A DNA stretch of 64,000 bases from assembly GCA_026770705.1 (NCBI GenBank), contig JANJGN010000041.1, positions 4,650,001-4,714,000 on the forward strand. The letters run 5' to 3'. The DNA comes from Isurus oxyrinchus (Eukaryota). The first letter of the stretch is position 1, and every line of letters starts with the position of its first letter. Position numbers and translations under genes: made by a program. The notes beneath the pieces were generated by a model. That model searched no databases, was not told where the DNA came from, and worked only from the letters and a program-made list of their open reading frames with translations. Of this stretch, positions 24,457 through 38,799 are shown one piece after another.

Positions 24457-26500
24457 ACAAACCCTTGTTCGCCTTGTGCGAGTTCGAGTGTGTGCTCACG
24501 CTCTTGATTGGCAAACCGGTTTTCATTTTTACATGGTGATCGACCTAAACAGCATCTACACAGCATTTCGGACAGAACGCAGATTTGGCAAAATATACCA
24601 TGAGCCAATTTTCTGGACAGTTCTGGTTATCAATATCACCTGTGATCAACGGCCATTTCCGCCATCATTCTGTCTTCATCCACCTTGTGAGCATCGAAAC
24701 ATTTACCCAAAATAGCGCATCTCCTTGTGTATCCAGGGCACTTTACTGAAAAAACAGACTTTAGAGACGGCGGCAGCAGAATTTTTCAAAGGTTTCGTAA
24801 ATCGCTGAGGCCGACGTACCTGACATCCCGCCCACGATTGAGCATCCAGGGATAACTGAGGACGACACCTTCCAGGCAGGAAGACAGCTCCATCACGCTT
24901 GTACCCGATGCTGCTCTAGCCTGAAGTGGGCTTGAGCTGGCCAGACTGTCAACCAAAATGTACATGATGTGTTTCGGTGAGCTTCAAACTGGCAAACCCC
25001 TTAAAGAAATAACATTTGAAGGCAGGTGGGTTACCATTGCTGCAATAAATATGAAAAATAAAATCTTATTTCAAGAGATAGTCATTTAATCGCCCCCTCC
25101 CTTTCATTCAGGTCATGCCTGATTTTTGACTTCACTTATATTATGTGCACACTTCCCTTGAGCACATAAAAAATCAGAGCCATAAAGTAGCAACCTTGCA
25201 TGCAGTCTCCTGTAAAGAAGCGTAAAAACAAAGTTTCACCAAAAAGCAACACATCAAATGTTTGCCCCCTGGTAAAATACCCTAATTCACCTGAACTTTT
25301 GACCACCAAAATGTGCCTGGATTTGGAACGCCGCTGTATAATCTCTTCAGAAGACACTGTGCATGATGCTGCAATAAACTATCCGATTTCAAAACAAGTT
25401 TGACAGCAGCCTGAGACATGGATGGCTTGTTCCTCACAACTAAGAGGGTCTGTCCCTAGTGAGATCTGCAGATGTGAAAAATGAAGGCCTGGCGAGAAAA
25501 CTGGTCAATTTTCACAGAAGCCAAATTGTTCAAAAAATGCGGGCCTGAAAGCAACTGTGGAAAGAAAGAAAAAGTTTACTTTCCGTGTCCATGGGGCACT
25601 TCTTCAAAACGTTCATTTGTCAACTTTGTTCGAACGTGTTTGCATATGTTGCCTTACGCAGACTATCCTCACCGCATTTCTGCACCCCTCTTTAGGCAGT
25701 TAACATTCAGTCTGAAATGAAAACAGCCTTGTGGAAACCATATCCAATAGCCTCGGATAACATTGCGTCAAAACACGCTGTCCATATGTCGCCTCTGCTC
25801 CCCTGTTTACATCCCATTCTTCTGGTCCATACATCTGCGATGACAGGATTCAAACTATTCAGCATTTTTAACACTTCCATCGAGCGCCTTGGCCAATTTC
25901 TGTGGTGAAAACTCACCATGAGAATTCAAGATATTTGTTTTTCTCCATTTTGTATTGTGCCACTTTGCGTCCATGGATCCTGCAGCTGCACTAAGTCGTA
26001 TTCTCTGATGAGGGACCAAGAAAGCCTGCAAATGCAGAGAGCAACGTCCGGTGATTCTGAAACGTTGCATCTGACAAGTTTAGTTACGCTGCTGAGTGGA
26101 CATGCATAAAGACACGTCTTCCTTTACCAGTTACATATGATGTTTTGCATCTGACACAATGATTTGTTTGTTTGGATTATGAAAATGGAGCGGGGTGTGT
26201 ATTTGCAGGAGATAGGCATCTGAAGCCAATGGTCAACTGGAATTCCATGCAAATTCTTTGCGAGACTGAACGAGTGACAAAATGAGCAAAAGAGCCGAAG
26301 AAGAAGCATCTGTGCCTCGGGGCAACGGGAAGAAATGACGCCATGTAGTGATTTTCAAGAAAGAAGATGCATCCCGTTTCAAGCAATGGAAGTTAACTGT
26401 CTGCATTGTGCAGACAAACTGATGAACTATCGCTTCAAAATGAAAATCTCAGTGCAAATTTATATCTCACTGGCTCCTTTGGAAAGCATCAGCCGGCCTC

Positions 26501-26567
26501 TCCTCATTAGTAATAGTGGTGTGTATCCCCGCCTGTCACACAGGAGAAAGGGGTTAATTCCCCTACG
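26501..26567 (+). tRNA. tRNA-Asp(GTC) pseudogene, 3' acceptor strand lost
   Basis: tcctcattagtaatagtggtgtgtatccccgcctgtcacacaggagaaaggggttaattcccctacg retains the GTC anticodon loop; has an indel and a truncated end. Confidence 0.85.
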
Positions 26568-29219
26568 AACATTGTGTGTGGTGGAACGCCTGCTCGCGCT
26601 TTGCATTCACAATCCGGTTTTCATTTCCACATAGTGATCGACCTAAACAGTATTTCTGACAGGAGGCAGATTTCACAAAGTACACCATGAGCAAGTTTTT
26701 TGGGCAGTTCTGGTTATCGGTATCGCCCGTGATCAACAGCCATTTCCACCATCATTCTGTCTTCTTCCATCTTGTGAGCGTCAAAACATTTATCGAAAAC
26801 ACTGCATCTCCATGCGTATCCAAGGTACTTTACTTATAAGACTTACAGACTTTAGAGATGGCGGCAGCACAAGTTTTGAAAGATTTTGCGATAATCGCTG
26901 AAGCCGACGTACTTAACATCCCACCCACGATTGAACTCCCAGGGCTAAGTGGCGATGACAAATTCCAGGCAGGTCCATAGCTCCTTGTCTTCTGTACCCG
27001 ATTCTGCTAAGGCATGAAGTAGGCTCATCATGGCCAGTGTCAACTGAAATGTACGCAATGCATTTTAGTGAGATCCAACGTTGCAAATTCCACAAAGAAT
27101 TAACATTTGAGGGTATGCCAATTTCCATTACTTGCAATAAAAAGGAAACATAGAATCTGATTTCAAGAGATGCTCATTTAATCACCCTCACCCTTCTCAC
27201 ACGTCATTCCTGAATTTGTACACTTCCCTTGACTACATAAAGTTCTAGGCGAATAAACAGCAACCTTGCATGTAGTCCTCTAAAGGCCAAGGTAATCATC
27301 CGTGAAAACAAAGTTTTGGCAAAAATCCCCTGGTTCTGTCAGCAACGCATCAAATCTTTGCCGACTGGTAACTGACCCTAAATCAACTGAAGTTCTGACT
27401 CCAAAATATGCCCATATTTTGAGCGCCGCTCTATAACCTCTTCAGAATTCACTGTGCTTGATGCTGGAATAAACTATTGGATTTCAGCTTCGCCAGCAGC
27501 CCGCGTCATGCATGGCCTCTTCCTCACAACTAAGAGGTTCAGTCCCAAGTGTGGCACGCAGATGTCAAAAAGTAAGGCTGGTTGAGAAAACTGGTCAAGT
27601 TTTGCAGTAACCTAAATTTTTAGAAAAAATTCTGCTGGCTTGAAAGCATCTGTGGAAAGAAGGAAATGATTTACTTCCCGAGTCCATGAGGCACTTCTCC
27701 AAAACCTTCATTTGTCAACTTTCTTCGGACATGTTTGCATAGGCTGCCATACGCAGGCTATCCTCACCGAATTTCTGCACCCATCTTTAGGCAGTTAACA
27801 TTCATTCTGAAATGAAAACAGCCTTGTGGAAATCCGATCCAATAGTATCGGATACAATGCATCAAAACACGCTACCTACATTTAGCCTCTGCTCCCCTGA
27901 CATCATCCCCTTCTTCCTTACCTACCCTGCCCTTTCTTATCCTGTTCTGCTGTGAAAACACATCCACAACAATTTTATTTGACGGAAATGCTCCTGGAAC
28001 TGACCGAGGTACTAAATCCTTGTCAGTGGCAAACTGACGCTATGAATTAAATAACAATATAAATTAGATCATGCAGGTGAGATAGACTGAGGTCTGGGCT
28101 CCCACAAACAACAACTCAGATTAGTTCAAAGCTCTGCAACCCAGCCACATCTAACTGCATCCAACAGTAGAAAAAAACGAAGGAGTAGTGCTATACAACT
28201 GTCCCCATTTTAAATATTGCAGGCTGGGGTGGCTAGTCACTGACTGCCTCCAACCTGAAATGACAACGTCCATCTCGTCTGCTGTGCTCTCCAAAAAACA
28301 ACATGGAAGCCAATATTTAGCTTTCACTCCACGAGATGGCACGTATCGGCTGAAAGGACTGGGTGCAGCATCCTGAGAATATTCCATATAATGTCCCCTC
28401 AGACTGGCAGCTCTTTGCTCACACCTTGCTGAACAGTGTTACGTAGGATTGCCTGTTTGCTTCATATCTGCTGGAAAACGCTTCCCACCCGCACCACTCA
28501 TCTACGCGTTGTAAGGTACAGTACAAAAGTTGGAAGGTTTAGCAGTTTTGATAGCAAATTGTGCGACCGTCGTCTGGTACGGTCCTCCAAATACTCACAG
28601 CTTCTGTAGTATGGATCACAGCCGGAACTTCTTGTTCAGAGGGAGGAACAACAGTGTCTCCTTGAATACCTTAACAACACCTTGTTTAGATTTAAGAACC
28701 TTGCCTCTGATTAGAACACATCACTTTGAAACGTAATGCATCATTCTTACATATTATGCCTACTCTTTGTTAAGGGCACCTCCCCGTTAAGGTTTTCAGT
28801 TGGCACCTTTCACTTACTTTCCGAACTGAGGCGCAACTTCTGTCAGACAGTTTAACAATAACCGATTTGATTATTTAACAAACCACAATCGGCTGAACTA
28901 TGAAATGTTTAGCCATCTGGGCAGAGTTGTGTGGAAAGTTGAGAGAGAGAGAACGAGAGACACTACAAAAGAAGGAAAGAGAAGGAGCTGGAGGGAGGAT
29001 CGAAGACAAGCTACCTGCAATGCAAGCAGATTGGCAATAGAAATAACTAAATGGTAATGTGAGGAATAATAAAGAATTTTACACAGAGAACTTTTAGAAA
29101 TTTGGATGCATTGTCTGATATTGACGTAGGGCAAATTGCAACTCATGTGCTCTAGTTTTGCTTACTAACGATTTTGTGCATGTCTTTATGTAAAACTTAC
29201 AAAAAATCTAAAGTTAGTA

Positions 29220-31900
29220 GATCGACCGGCTCTTCTTTATCAACTTAGTTATTTATATCCTCAAAAAGTGCCACCAGGTGGGTAAAACATAATTTCCCTT
29301 TCCGAAATCCATGTTGCCTTTTCCGAATACTACAAGTATTATGTAGCTATCCTGTTATCACATTCTTCCTTATAAATTCGAGCTTTATTCCTAGTGTTAG
29401 TGCAAATATGAAAGGACTGTCGTGTTCCCTTTCCTCTCTAACTCCTTTCGTAAATAATACGGTTACGTTTGCCACCTTTCAATCTCTACAGCTTCCTGAG
29501 AATTTTGAATGGTCGCCACCAATGCATCTGCTATCTCGACCGCCACTTCTTTTCTGCCCTCCTGGGTATGGATCATTGGGCCCAGGGTGACCATGCACTT
29601 TAAGCACCATTAATTTCCCCAATACTTTTTTCTCAGTTGAATTAAAATCTGGCAGATCCTCTTTCAATCTATCCCCCTGCTTCTCAATCATTTCTGGGAT
29701 GGTTTTGTATTTTTCTCCAAGATGACAGACACGAAGTATTAGCTAACTTTCTCTGTCATTTCCTTACTACATGAAATAAACTCTCCTGACTTTGTTTGCC
29801 ATTGAATATATATTTAATTCTATTAATAGTTTCCTTTATTTTACACACAGAAGCACTTGAAAGATTTATTTTATCTTTCTGGCTGGTTTATTCACACCTT
29901 GAATTTTCCCTTTCTGATAATTTTCTTGACTTCCTTAGCAGAATTTTAAAATGATCCCGAATCTCTGACTTACTCTTTTTGATAGAGGTTTCGTCCCTCC
30001 TATAACTCTTCCCCGGACTCCTGTTCATTACATTAATATGTTTCTGTTGTAAACGATGGAAACGTTGCTGATATGTTAACCATTGAATGTCCAACTCCAT
30101 TCCTTTCATAAAAAATTGACAATCCACCATAGCCTAACACTCCCCGCCCCCACCCCCGAATTTCTTAACACTCTGTTTAGATTAAGACCCTTGTCTCTGA
30201 TTGGAAGTCGGCACATTGAAACTTTATATTACGCTCACTCCTTCCAAAGGGCTGTTTTAAATCAAGAGCATCAATGAGCAATGATCAGTTGCCCAAGGCT
30301 TCATCTGAAATAAGACGTTCACTATTTGCCGTTTCAACGTGCTGCTCTAGAAAACCATCTCGCAAATTTTTCTAAGAATTCGTTCCCCAAAACATTAGAA
30401 GGATTTTTTTAACCCACTCTAAATATACAGTGGAATCCCCGACGGTTAGAGTTCTGCCCTTCATACAATCATCTCTAATGTAATGATATGCTGGCAGATT
30501 TACATTACCACTGCAGCTTGGTGGAATATAAACAAATCACTGCAATGTTTTCTAACCACTGCTTTCACTTAGTTGCACCCAAACTGATTATACACTTTGA
30601 ACTTCACAATATCAGTCATTTCTCAGGAGAGTACCAATGCCCGCTTTTATCACCAGAGCTACCCCAATAATTTTTCCCAGCTTCTTGTTCTTCCAGAATG
30701 TTACATGCACTAGGCTATTAATTTCCCAGCATTGGTTTGCTTGCAGCCACGTCTCTGCATTGTCTATCAGATCAGACATATAAATTTCTATTTTAGATTA
30801 GCAGTCACGTGTTTTCATGCGAATGTTGCAGGCATTCAACATCAGAGCCCTTAATTCAGTTTTTTATTACCGTTTTTGCAAATACTGTCCCTGCATCCTC
30901 ACACGCCCCTAAACTTGCAATTAATTCTCCTTCCTTCCATTAACTCATAACATTCACCTTTATCCCTTCAATGATATATTGTCTTGCCATTTCCATTTTA
31001 CTCATGCCAACTCACCGAGATGATCTCTTCACCCTTTGATTATTTAAGGAACCATCTCTACTTCCTTACCACTGCATCCCGCTCAAAACCTGGGCCCAAC
31101 ACGGTTAAAGTCTAGACTGCCTTAATGGTAGAACTCCCACTTGCTCAGTACTGGTGCCAGTGCGAATAGATGGGCACTCATTTATCATATAATATTTTTT
31201 CAGACACCTATTCATCTTCCTAAATATATTCACCTTACACCAATTTTTACATCCCACCGGTAATAGGCATAGATTTTTAACGTATTTTTCTGCGGTTTAA
31301 CCTCTTGTCCATCTCCCCCGAATCGCTACGTGGAAATTATTTCCTGGTTGTCCCAAAGTTTATTTGTACTTACATAGACAACGGCCCAATTAATCCAGTC
31401 CCTCCTACGGGAAGCTTCTCTCCAGTCTGAGCAGTTCTCTCAAAATTTAGTAGCTTGAAGGTAAACCTGCAGCCTGCACTCATGCTACCAATTGCAGGGA
31501 ACACAACATATCACCCTGACTACAATGTCGCCTATCACTAGTATATTCCTCTTCGCTCCACCCATTCGAAAGTCATTCCTCACCATTGTTTCATGGTCAG
31601 TCCGCTCCTCTACCTTGCAGTCGTCCCCATTCACACAGGTTGCTAGCACTTCATATCTGCTGAAAAGGTCATGGGCCAAGGCTCTTTAAGGTTTCGATGC
31701 TGTGTCCCCTTATCTGCCGGACATGCACTCACCCTCCTGTTCCTGGCCATTAATGAATCTGTCATTCTCTCTAACATACAGGGAAATGACTGTCTTCTGG
31801 AGCAAAGTGTCCAAGCAACATTTGCACCGCATGCCTCCCCAGAAATGCCTGACCGTTACCACATAATCCAACTCAATGCATTGCATCGATATTTATATGC
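29220..31900 (-). mobile_element. CR1 LINE relic including ORF1 (esterase-like) and the 5' part of ORF2
   Basis: RNILVIGDIVVRVI resembles CR1 ORF1 VVIGDSIVRG. KVLGKLMVLKVHGHPGPNDPYP resembles ORF2 VL.KL..LK..KSPGPD.LHP. QHGF..GK-like segment near 29300. Confidence 0.75.
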
Positions 31901-32289
31901 TGCTATAATGGCCCACCACAATCCTGCCACTGCTTACAACCATACTCATTTAATTAGCCAAATAGTTAATACCTTACAGAAATACGTTCCCACAATGTTG
32001 CAACCAGCTATTTTGGTGATGAGCAGGAAAGCTGTCCAATGACTGGAGGCTGGCGAAAATAAGAAAAGAAACACGTCATTATCTCAGATTCCCAAATTAC
32101 CATCGGAACCAAATTCTCATATCCTTACTCAATCTACATCTGTCTCAGATTTAGCTGCGTATCCTCATGTCCCATTTGACGTGCACTTTAAACAACCATG
32201 TGTTTTTATAGAACATCTAATGACTCACCAGCTACCTCAGCATTCTCTTATGACAGTTAACATATGTTAAGGGAAACTACTTGCAGTGA

Positions 32290-32700
32290 CATGGTGCCTA
32301 TTTGCCGTTGCAATGCCCCAGAATGAAGCCACCGTGCATAGGATTCCGTGAGAACCACAGGATGGTTTGTACATTCTGCATAGTTGCTATGGACATTGCA
32401 TCTGCACCATTTCTTCGGCCGGATCTGAAATATTTGAGGCTTGTACACTTCTCAATAAAATCCTCAAAAAAAGAAACCATACTGCCACCATGCTGTGTTC
32501 CCATTTTGAACGTGAACACAGCAAACATAGGATGTGGATTGTTAAAAAGATTTTTAAAATTCGAAACCTGAAAATGCACGGAATTTGGTGAAAGGTGACC
32601 AAAGGAAATTACCGCTGATTACTGCTGTCTAATGCCATCAAACAGTGGTTAGATCACTTCTCCAACAATTGAAGCTGCACTGAAGGTATGAGGAACAAAC
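32290..32700 (-). mobile_element. Possible second Harbinger transposase relic
   Basis: AASIVGEVI*PLF.. and AECTNHPVVLTES weakly resemble HARBI1 S.IV.EV..AL and PGS.HD.FILRES. Confidence 0.3.
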
Positions 32701-35189
32701 AGCAGATTTGTTTGATATGTATACAATCATCCAACGTTGTAGATCTGTCTAATTGTATTCGGTTTTCGTTTCGTCCTCAGAGTGACAACATCTAAGTGAC
32801 TTGGGTTGCCTTTTCTGAGATTCACTTAAGACTTAACAACGCTGTGGCTCCGCAGTTACATGCAGGTTAGACGGAGTTAAGACAGCAGATGTGCATCCTC
32901 AAGATGGCCCGTCTGTAAAATCCAAGAATTCCTTGCTGGCCGGATTTGATAATTGGTACCTTTTCTATGTAGTAAGAGCAGAATTGACACCCCTTTCCTA
33001 AAACACAGCATTGAGCTTGCAGCTGGTGGCAAACCAAATTCCCGGTCTGCCATCCGCCGGGACAATATTGAAAGTCGTGAACTGATCCGTTCCTATGAGG
33101 ATCAGAAGGTCAATCAGTGAGTCTGGGGACACCTTTACATTTCCCTGGAGTGACTGGTTACTGGGGGGGAAGACATCCTGCAGCTACACCTACATCAGAG
33201 GCTTTGTTTAACCACCACTTCCCCCCCGCCCCACAACTGCTCAGCCCAATTGCCCTTGCAATCCGGTCCCTCTGGCCCTTCGAACACCCACACACACAAC
33301 CATAACCCCCAACTTCCTGTCTCCAATGCTCCTCACTGGACAGTTTGGACAAGACGCAGGCTGTCCATTGAGCGTTCAAACAAAAAAAAGCTCTTTTCAT
33401 TTGATAAACATTGAAGGTTGCGCTTCAGTGAGAGGGTGAAACGGGCCAAGAAAGGCCGTTTACTATCTTTGTTCCTGTTTGGCATTGAAATTAATTTAAA
33501 GTTGCCGGTTGTGGTTAACACGGAAACAGCTAAGCTCAGTTGCTGCCAATTCCATTTAAAGCGCAATATTCTTCCCGCATTATCTGTAGGCACCTTGCAT
33601 GATGTTTGTGTTTAGTGGACTGGCTGGCATACAGTGTTAGCCTGCCCGGTGACTCTCCTGTCATGGTGATGGAGCAGAGTCTGTTGGAACAGCTCACAGA
33701 AGATTCGACTGGAAATATAACAGAGAAAGAAGGGTTTTCAATGCAGCAGGGGTGAATGATGCCACTTCACCCTCCTGTGCTTTCTCCCTATAAGAGATCC
33801 TCCTTTGTACCTCCGACTCGTCCTCTAAGGAGACACCTAGCAAGATGCCAATAACCAGATTGCCCAGCCATGAACCCTAGGAACTGACCAGTGTGCTCAA
33901 GGAACAGAGCACTCACAATTTTCAGTTGATGTCCATAGGAGGCACTGTCTTAAAGTGCCTGACACAAGATGTCACCTCAGGCAAAACTACGCTTAACCTC
34001 GAGGTTTGCTTATGACGAACATGGACACGAAGTGAGCATCGCCATGAACAAAACACACTGACAGAATTTTTTTTTTAGTCAAATGTAAAAGTCAGTAACA
34101 TTCACACTTGCACCCCTGCACACCATCACATACACAAGCAGGGACACAAAAGGTGTGTTTAGTGAAGGGACTGCGCTCCGTATTGGAAAGCACTTGAAAA
34201 AAATAGAGATAGAAGGAGTGAGACTAGAAAGGCTGAATGAACCGAGTGGATTCCTCGAATCCATATATCTATGATTATGAAACATTTTAATGTAGTGGTT
34301 GCAGAGTGAAGGATTGCGCTAGCCATGATGCATATAAATACAGGTCTTAAGAAAGAGACAATCGCCAGGAAAAGTCAAAGGGAATTCAGGAATGTTTATT
34401 GCCCCGGAGAGGGCTGAGAAAGTGAAAGTCACTACCACAGGGAGTACTGTGGTGTTTTCGTAAGCTGTATTTAAGTGAAAGCTAAGCACATTCTGGGGAC
34501 AGAAACGGACGGACATCCTATCTGGTTATGCTTTGAATGGGCAGGCTGTCCATTGCTGAGTGTCGAATATAACTGAGTTCTGTCGTAAAACTGCATGGGT
34601 AGGTTTTAATCAACGTTTGCAGGGAGCTGATAACTGGGCGATTTGTTAATAAAGCACGATTACGGATGCTGGTCCTGCTGCCACAGGGGAAGTGAGGGAG
34701 GGGATTGAAGGCACCATATCACCCTACTGTCCCTCTCTCCATCTATAGCTGGTGCTGCTTGGCCTCACCCCACTTTCCCGTTTCCACGAAAGAACAAAGG
34801 ATAAACTCCCCCGCCCCCGTCCCCCATCACAGCAGTTTGCCCCTGACCAAGGATTCTATTGCTCTAGGTGCAACATAATCGATTATTGCAGAACTGCCTC
34901 TGTCTTGGGTAATGTGATTTTGAGACAGTGGCTTCATCACTGTTAGCAAAAGACCTTGTGTCACGCTAAACTGCCGTTTTATGTTAAGGTTCAGCCTTGT
35001 CTACAGCGGAACATCATCAGTGTCCACTCAGCAGCCTATTTGAGTTCCACCATAATACCTGATCTCTCCCCATGAGGACATAGCTCCCATTTCTGTGCAA
35101 TAATTTCGGTTCGATTTGGACGGTGCCTCCTGCCCAGACCTTCTTCAACGAGTTTATCATATGGACCAATAACTCCTCATGTGAGGAGT

Positions 35190-36520
35190 TTGTTTTTACT
35201 CATTCATGGGATGGAGGCTTCGCTGACTGGGGGAAATGTACTGTCCATCCCTAGTTGCACTTGAGAAGGAGGTTTTGAGCTGGCTTCTGAGCGGTTGTGC
35301 TCTCTACACTATACCTACACCCACAGTTAGTATAGCGGGTGGTGAGGGGAGAGGTTTGTCGTACCAAAGGACACTGACCCAGCGACTGTTAAGGAACACT
35401 GATATCCTTCCAAGTTAGGATGGTCCGTAACTTAGGGAGGCGATTGAAGATTGTCTTGTTCCCTACTATCTGCTGATCTTGTCCTTCGAGGGTGAAGTGG
35501 CCGTGAGCTTGGTAGTTGCAGTCGAAGAGGACTTCGTAACATTGTGCAATGCATCTTATATGTGGTACACACTGCTGTTGCTGTGTGTCGGTGGAGGAGG
35601 GAGTGAATGATGGGTTTCGCATGATAATCAATTGGGTTGTTTTGTCCTTCATTGTGACGAGTTTCTGGAGTGTCTTTGGAGATGCCTTCAACCTCGAAAG
35701 TGGAGAGTATTCCGTCAAACTCCTGACTTTTGCCTTATAGGTAGTGGGCAGTCTTTGGGGAGTCAGCAAGTGCATAACTGCCCAGGCGATTCCTGGCTTC
35801 TGATCTGCTTTTGTAGCCACAGAACCGATATGACTAGTGCAGATCAGTTTCTGGTTAATGGTGGCCTCCTGGATGTTCATAGAGGGGTTATTCAGTTATG
35901 GTGATTTCATTGATTGTCAAGGGGCAATGGTTAGATTGTCTGTTGCTGTAGATGGTCATTGCCTGGAACTTTTATGATGTGATTGTTCCTTGCAGCTATT
36001 CAGCGACAGGCTGGATATTTTCCAGGGCCAGTATATCATTGTCCTGACACGGTGTTTCTTCCAACTAACCATCCCTCCCTCACGCCACGCTCATCATCCC
36101 CTCCTTGGAGGATGAGAAGAGCTACGTTATTCCCCAACACTTCGGCAGGAGAGTAATACCCCGCCTGGTGTTAGGGGCCACAACATCCCGACCAGGTCGT
36201 GCTAAATTTGAACCTGGGCTGATTCATTATCTGTGGAATCGTGAATGTTCCTGAACATTGTGCAATCATGAGTGAACAACCCCACTTCTGACTATATGAT
36301 GGATGGACGAACATTGATGAAGCAAGTGACACTGGTTCGCAAACGGGAATTACCCTGAGGAAGTCCTGTATCGTTCCATCTTCCTTTCTGCCTACCGCAA
36401 GTTTCCAATTCATGCCAATTTTGTTCCAGCTCATTGAGGCCAACCTCAGTCAAATGCTGCCTTTATGTCAAAGGCACTCATTCTCACCTCACCGCTGGAA
36501 ATAGCGTTTTTGTCCCATTC
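35190..36520 (-). mobile_element. Non-LTR retrotransposon (CR1/L2 superclade) RT C-terminus and 3' tail
   Basis: Minus strand IDQKL-like..HLLTPQRLPTTYKAKVRSLTEYSPLS..ASPKTLQKLVTMKDKT. The 3' tail (tcattcatgggatg..ttgagaaggagg) is shared with 50820-51090 and 55470-55730. Confidence 0.75.
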
Positions 36521-37479
36521 TTTTCATACTTTGTTATATAATGACTAACCGAAACACTTCTAAATGTTATATTTAATACAAGATGATTTGTGGCTGTTGT
36601 GGAAGTACATGCCAAGCCTGACAGAGAACATGGAGAAATAAAGAGTGTTCATGGCCCGTACCTTGCAGTGCTGGTAATGGTGAAATCTCTGAATGTCACC
36701 TGTATGAAGATTGCAATGAAACAGATATTCTGTTGAGCTCACCGAAGCAAAAAGGCCAGAAGTGGCAATGTGTCGGATTCAACACTCCACCAAAATCTTT
36801 TGAGGAAGATGTTCAGCTGATTGCTCAGGACTTATACAAAAACATACGTTGCTTATTTCGGGTGGTTCCTATCATGTTGTAAGGCTGCACAGGAGACCAG
36901 ACCTTTAAGCCATCAATCTGCCAACATCTCTGTCTTACCACGCTCCCATCCAGTCCTGCACTCAGACAACTTTAGCTATTCCCCAGATTATCTTGATCAG
37001 TCACCCCATTACAACTCATCACCGGTAGCTTCCAAGGCACCCTAGCACCCGTAACACTCCTCTTCACCCCATCAACACTAAATTTCCGATTCCCCATGAT
37101 GTCTTAACGTACACAATTTTCACCCATCAACCCTGCCTCTCTTGTGTCCACACCGTTATTCCTAGGCTGGTTGCCATCATGCCCGGATAATCCCATGAAC
37201 CCATATCTTCACTCATGAAACGTTTTGCCTCAATTGCCTCAGCTTCCCCAATCAACACTAGCTCCTCCCTCACCTCGCGTTACCCCATCATCCCTGCTAA
37301 CCGCATAACCTCTGACTTCCACCCTCAAACCGTCTTTTCTTCTCCAATATCTTCCCCTTAATTGTTCCAGCCATCCAGCTTATCATCAACCGTTTGATCG
37401 ATCAGGTAGCATGATTCTGAAATGTTCAATAAGTCCTGACACCAACTTGGAAATTTGGTATTGTACATTCATCTTACAT

Positions 37480-38070
37480 TCCGTTAACATTTGCAGAAAT
37501 TGTGATCTCTCCTAATTTGCCACTGGGCAAAAGGTGACTATGGCAGTGGCAAGGCTGGTTTCCCCAGCCTGATATTTCGACACTTTCTGATTGTTTTCTC
37601 ATAAAGTGTTTCGTTTCTTGAACTCCACCGCCGTGTTTAATGCCAACACTATCAGCCACTGACTGTTCTGCCTGATCCACAGTCACTCGCACCATTGAAA
37701 GCTCTGTAGCTATTTGTTGCCAAAATCTGAAATGTAAATATTGTGCTGGAGAAACAGGGGCTGAGGTTCGGTTAATAGTGACTTTTTTGGGCTGTTCAAG
37801 GAACATTTCCTGATACTTATTGTTAGCAAATGAGTATTGGCTGACGATATACACACGCTCTGGTATGTGACAATAAATGACCTGCATTCTCGGGCCTGGA
37901 GAATAATCGAATTCCTCAATCACATTCTAAACCTGGAGAGGCCATTTGCCCTGCTCTTGCTGTTCAATACTTTCACTGTCAAGCACAGGTTACTGACCAG
38001 CAGAAGTAGCAGGAGACTCCGGGCTGTCAGAAAGATGGAAAATCTAAAGGAACCCAACATTTTACTGTTA
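37480..38070 (+). pseudogene. Heavily decayed exon 2 of GPR139/GPR142-like pseudogene C
   Basis: SATDCSA*STVTRTIESSVAICCQNLKCKYCAGET..AWRIIEFLNHILNLERPFALLLLFNTFTVKHRLLTSRSSRRLRA..MEN aligns with TM3-ICL3 of the other copies; has deletions and stops. Confidence 0.85.
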
Positions 38071-38799
38071 TCCTCTCAACCAATTGCATCAATTAATGGA
38101 CAACTTTTGCCCTTTATTCTCTGTGGTGTCAGATGTTGGATGTGTTGTCCAGTTTTATATGTCCAGACAATTTTGGTCAAATATTTGGTTTCATTCTACA
38201 GCTCCTGAATTGATGCACAATCATTTGCATTTATATTGTAACTCAAAATATCTTGTGATTGCACTCGAAGAATGTGCTCGGATATGATTAAAGTAACTGA
38301 AAAGCTGTTCGTGGGCAGCATTGTCTCATTTTATTTCAGGATTTGAGCGTGTGGTGTGGCTTGCCAGCAAGGCAAAGGAGGAATCGTGAGATGGTCACAA
38401 ATGGTAACATTGTCTGTTGAACAATTAGCATTTACAACATGAAGATACGTCCCTCCGATCAGACATCATAGTCTTCAGAATAACAGCACACCAATTGTAC
38501 CTACCAGCAGCATCACCCATTGTACCCAGCAAACCGCCCCCCACCTACTCCACCCTAACAAGCATTTGGCCAGCCCACATATCCATCACAACACATCCCA
38601 CAATTGTCACTTGCAGATGTTGCACACATTTTGGGATGTGAGTAGGTGAATTACGTACCACAGTGCTCCCAGAGCCCGGCCTGGTCTTGTAGCAAAAATA
38701 GTATTCGCTTTACTGATGAACATGAACGATAAATGTGACAGTGATTTTGCATAAGGGGTCTTTGTCTTTGTTAACTCTCCCCACCAGCCTCCAAGCATC

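Larger units (their letters stand above)
22385..27900 (+). repeat. ~2.1-kb tandem macro-repeat, ~2.6 copies, each full unit ending in a tRNA-Asp pseudogene
   Basis: Anchors recur: cgacctaaa (~22412, 24541, 26639), atccc.cccacgattga (~22690, 24826, 26918), ttaggcagttaacattc (~23587, 25692, 27788). Confidence 0.92.
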
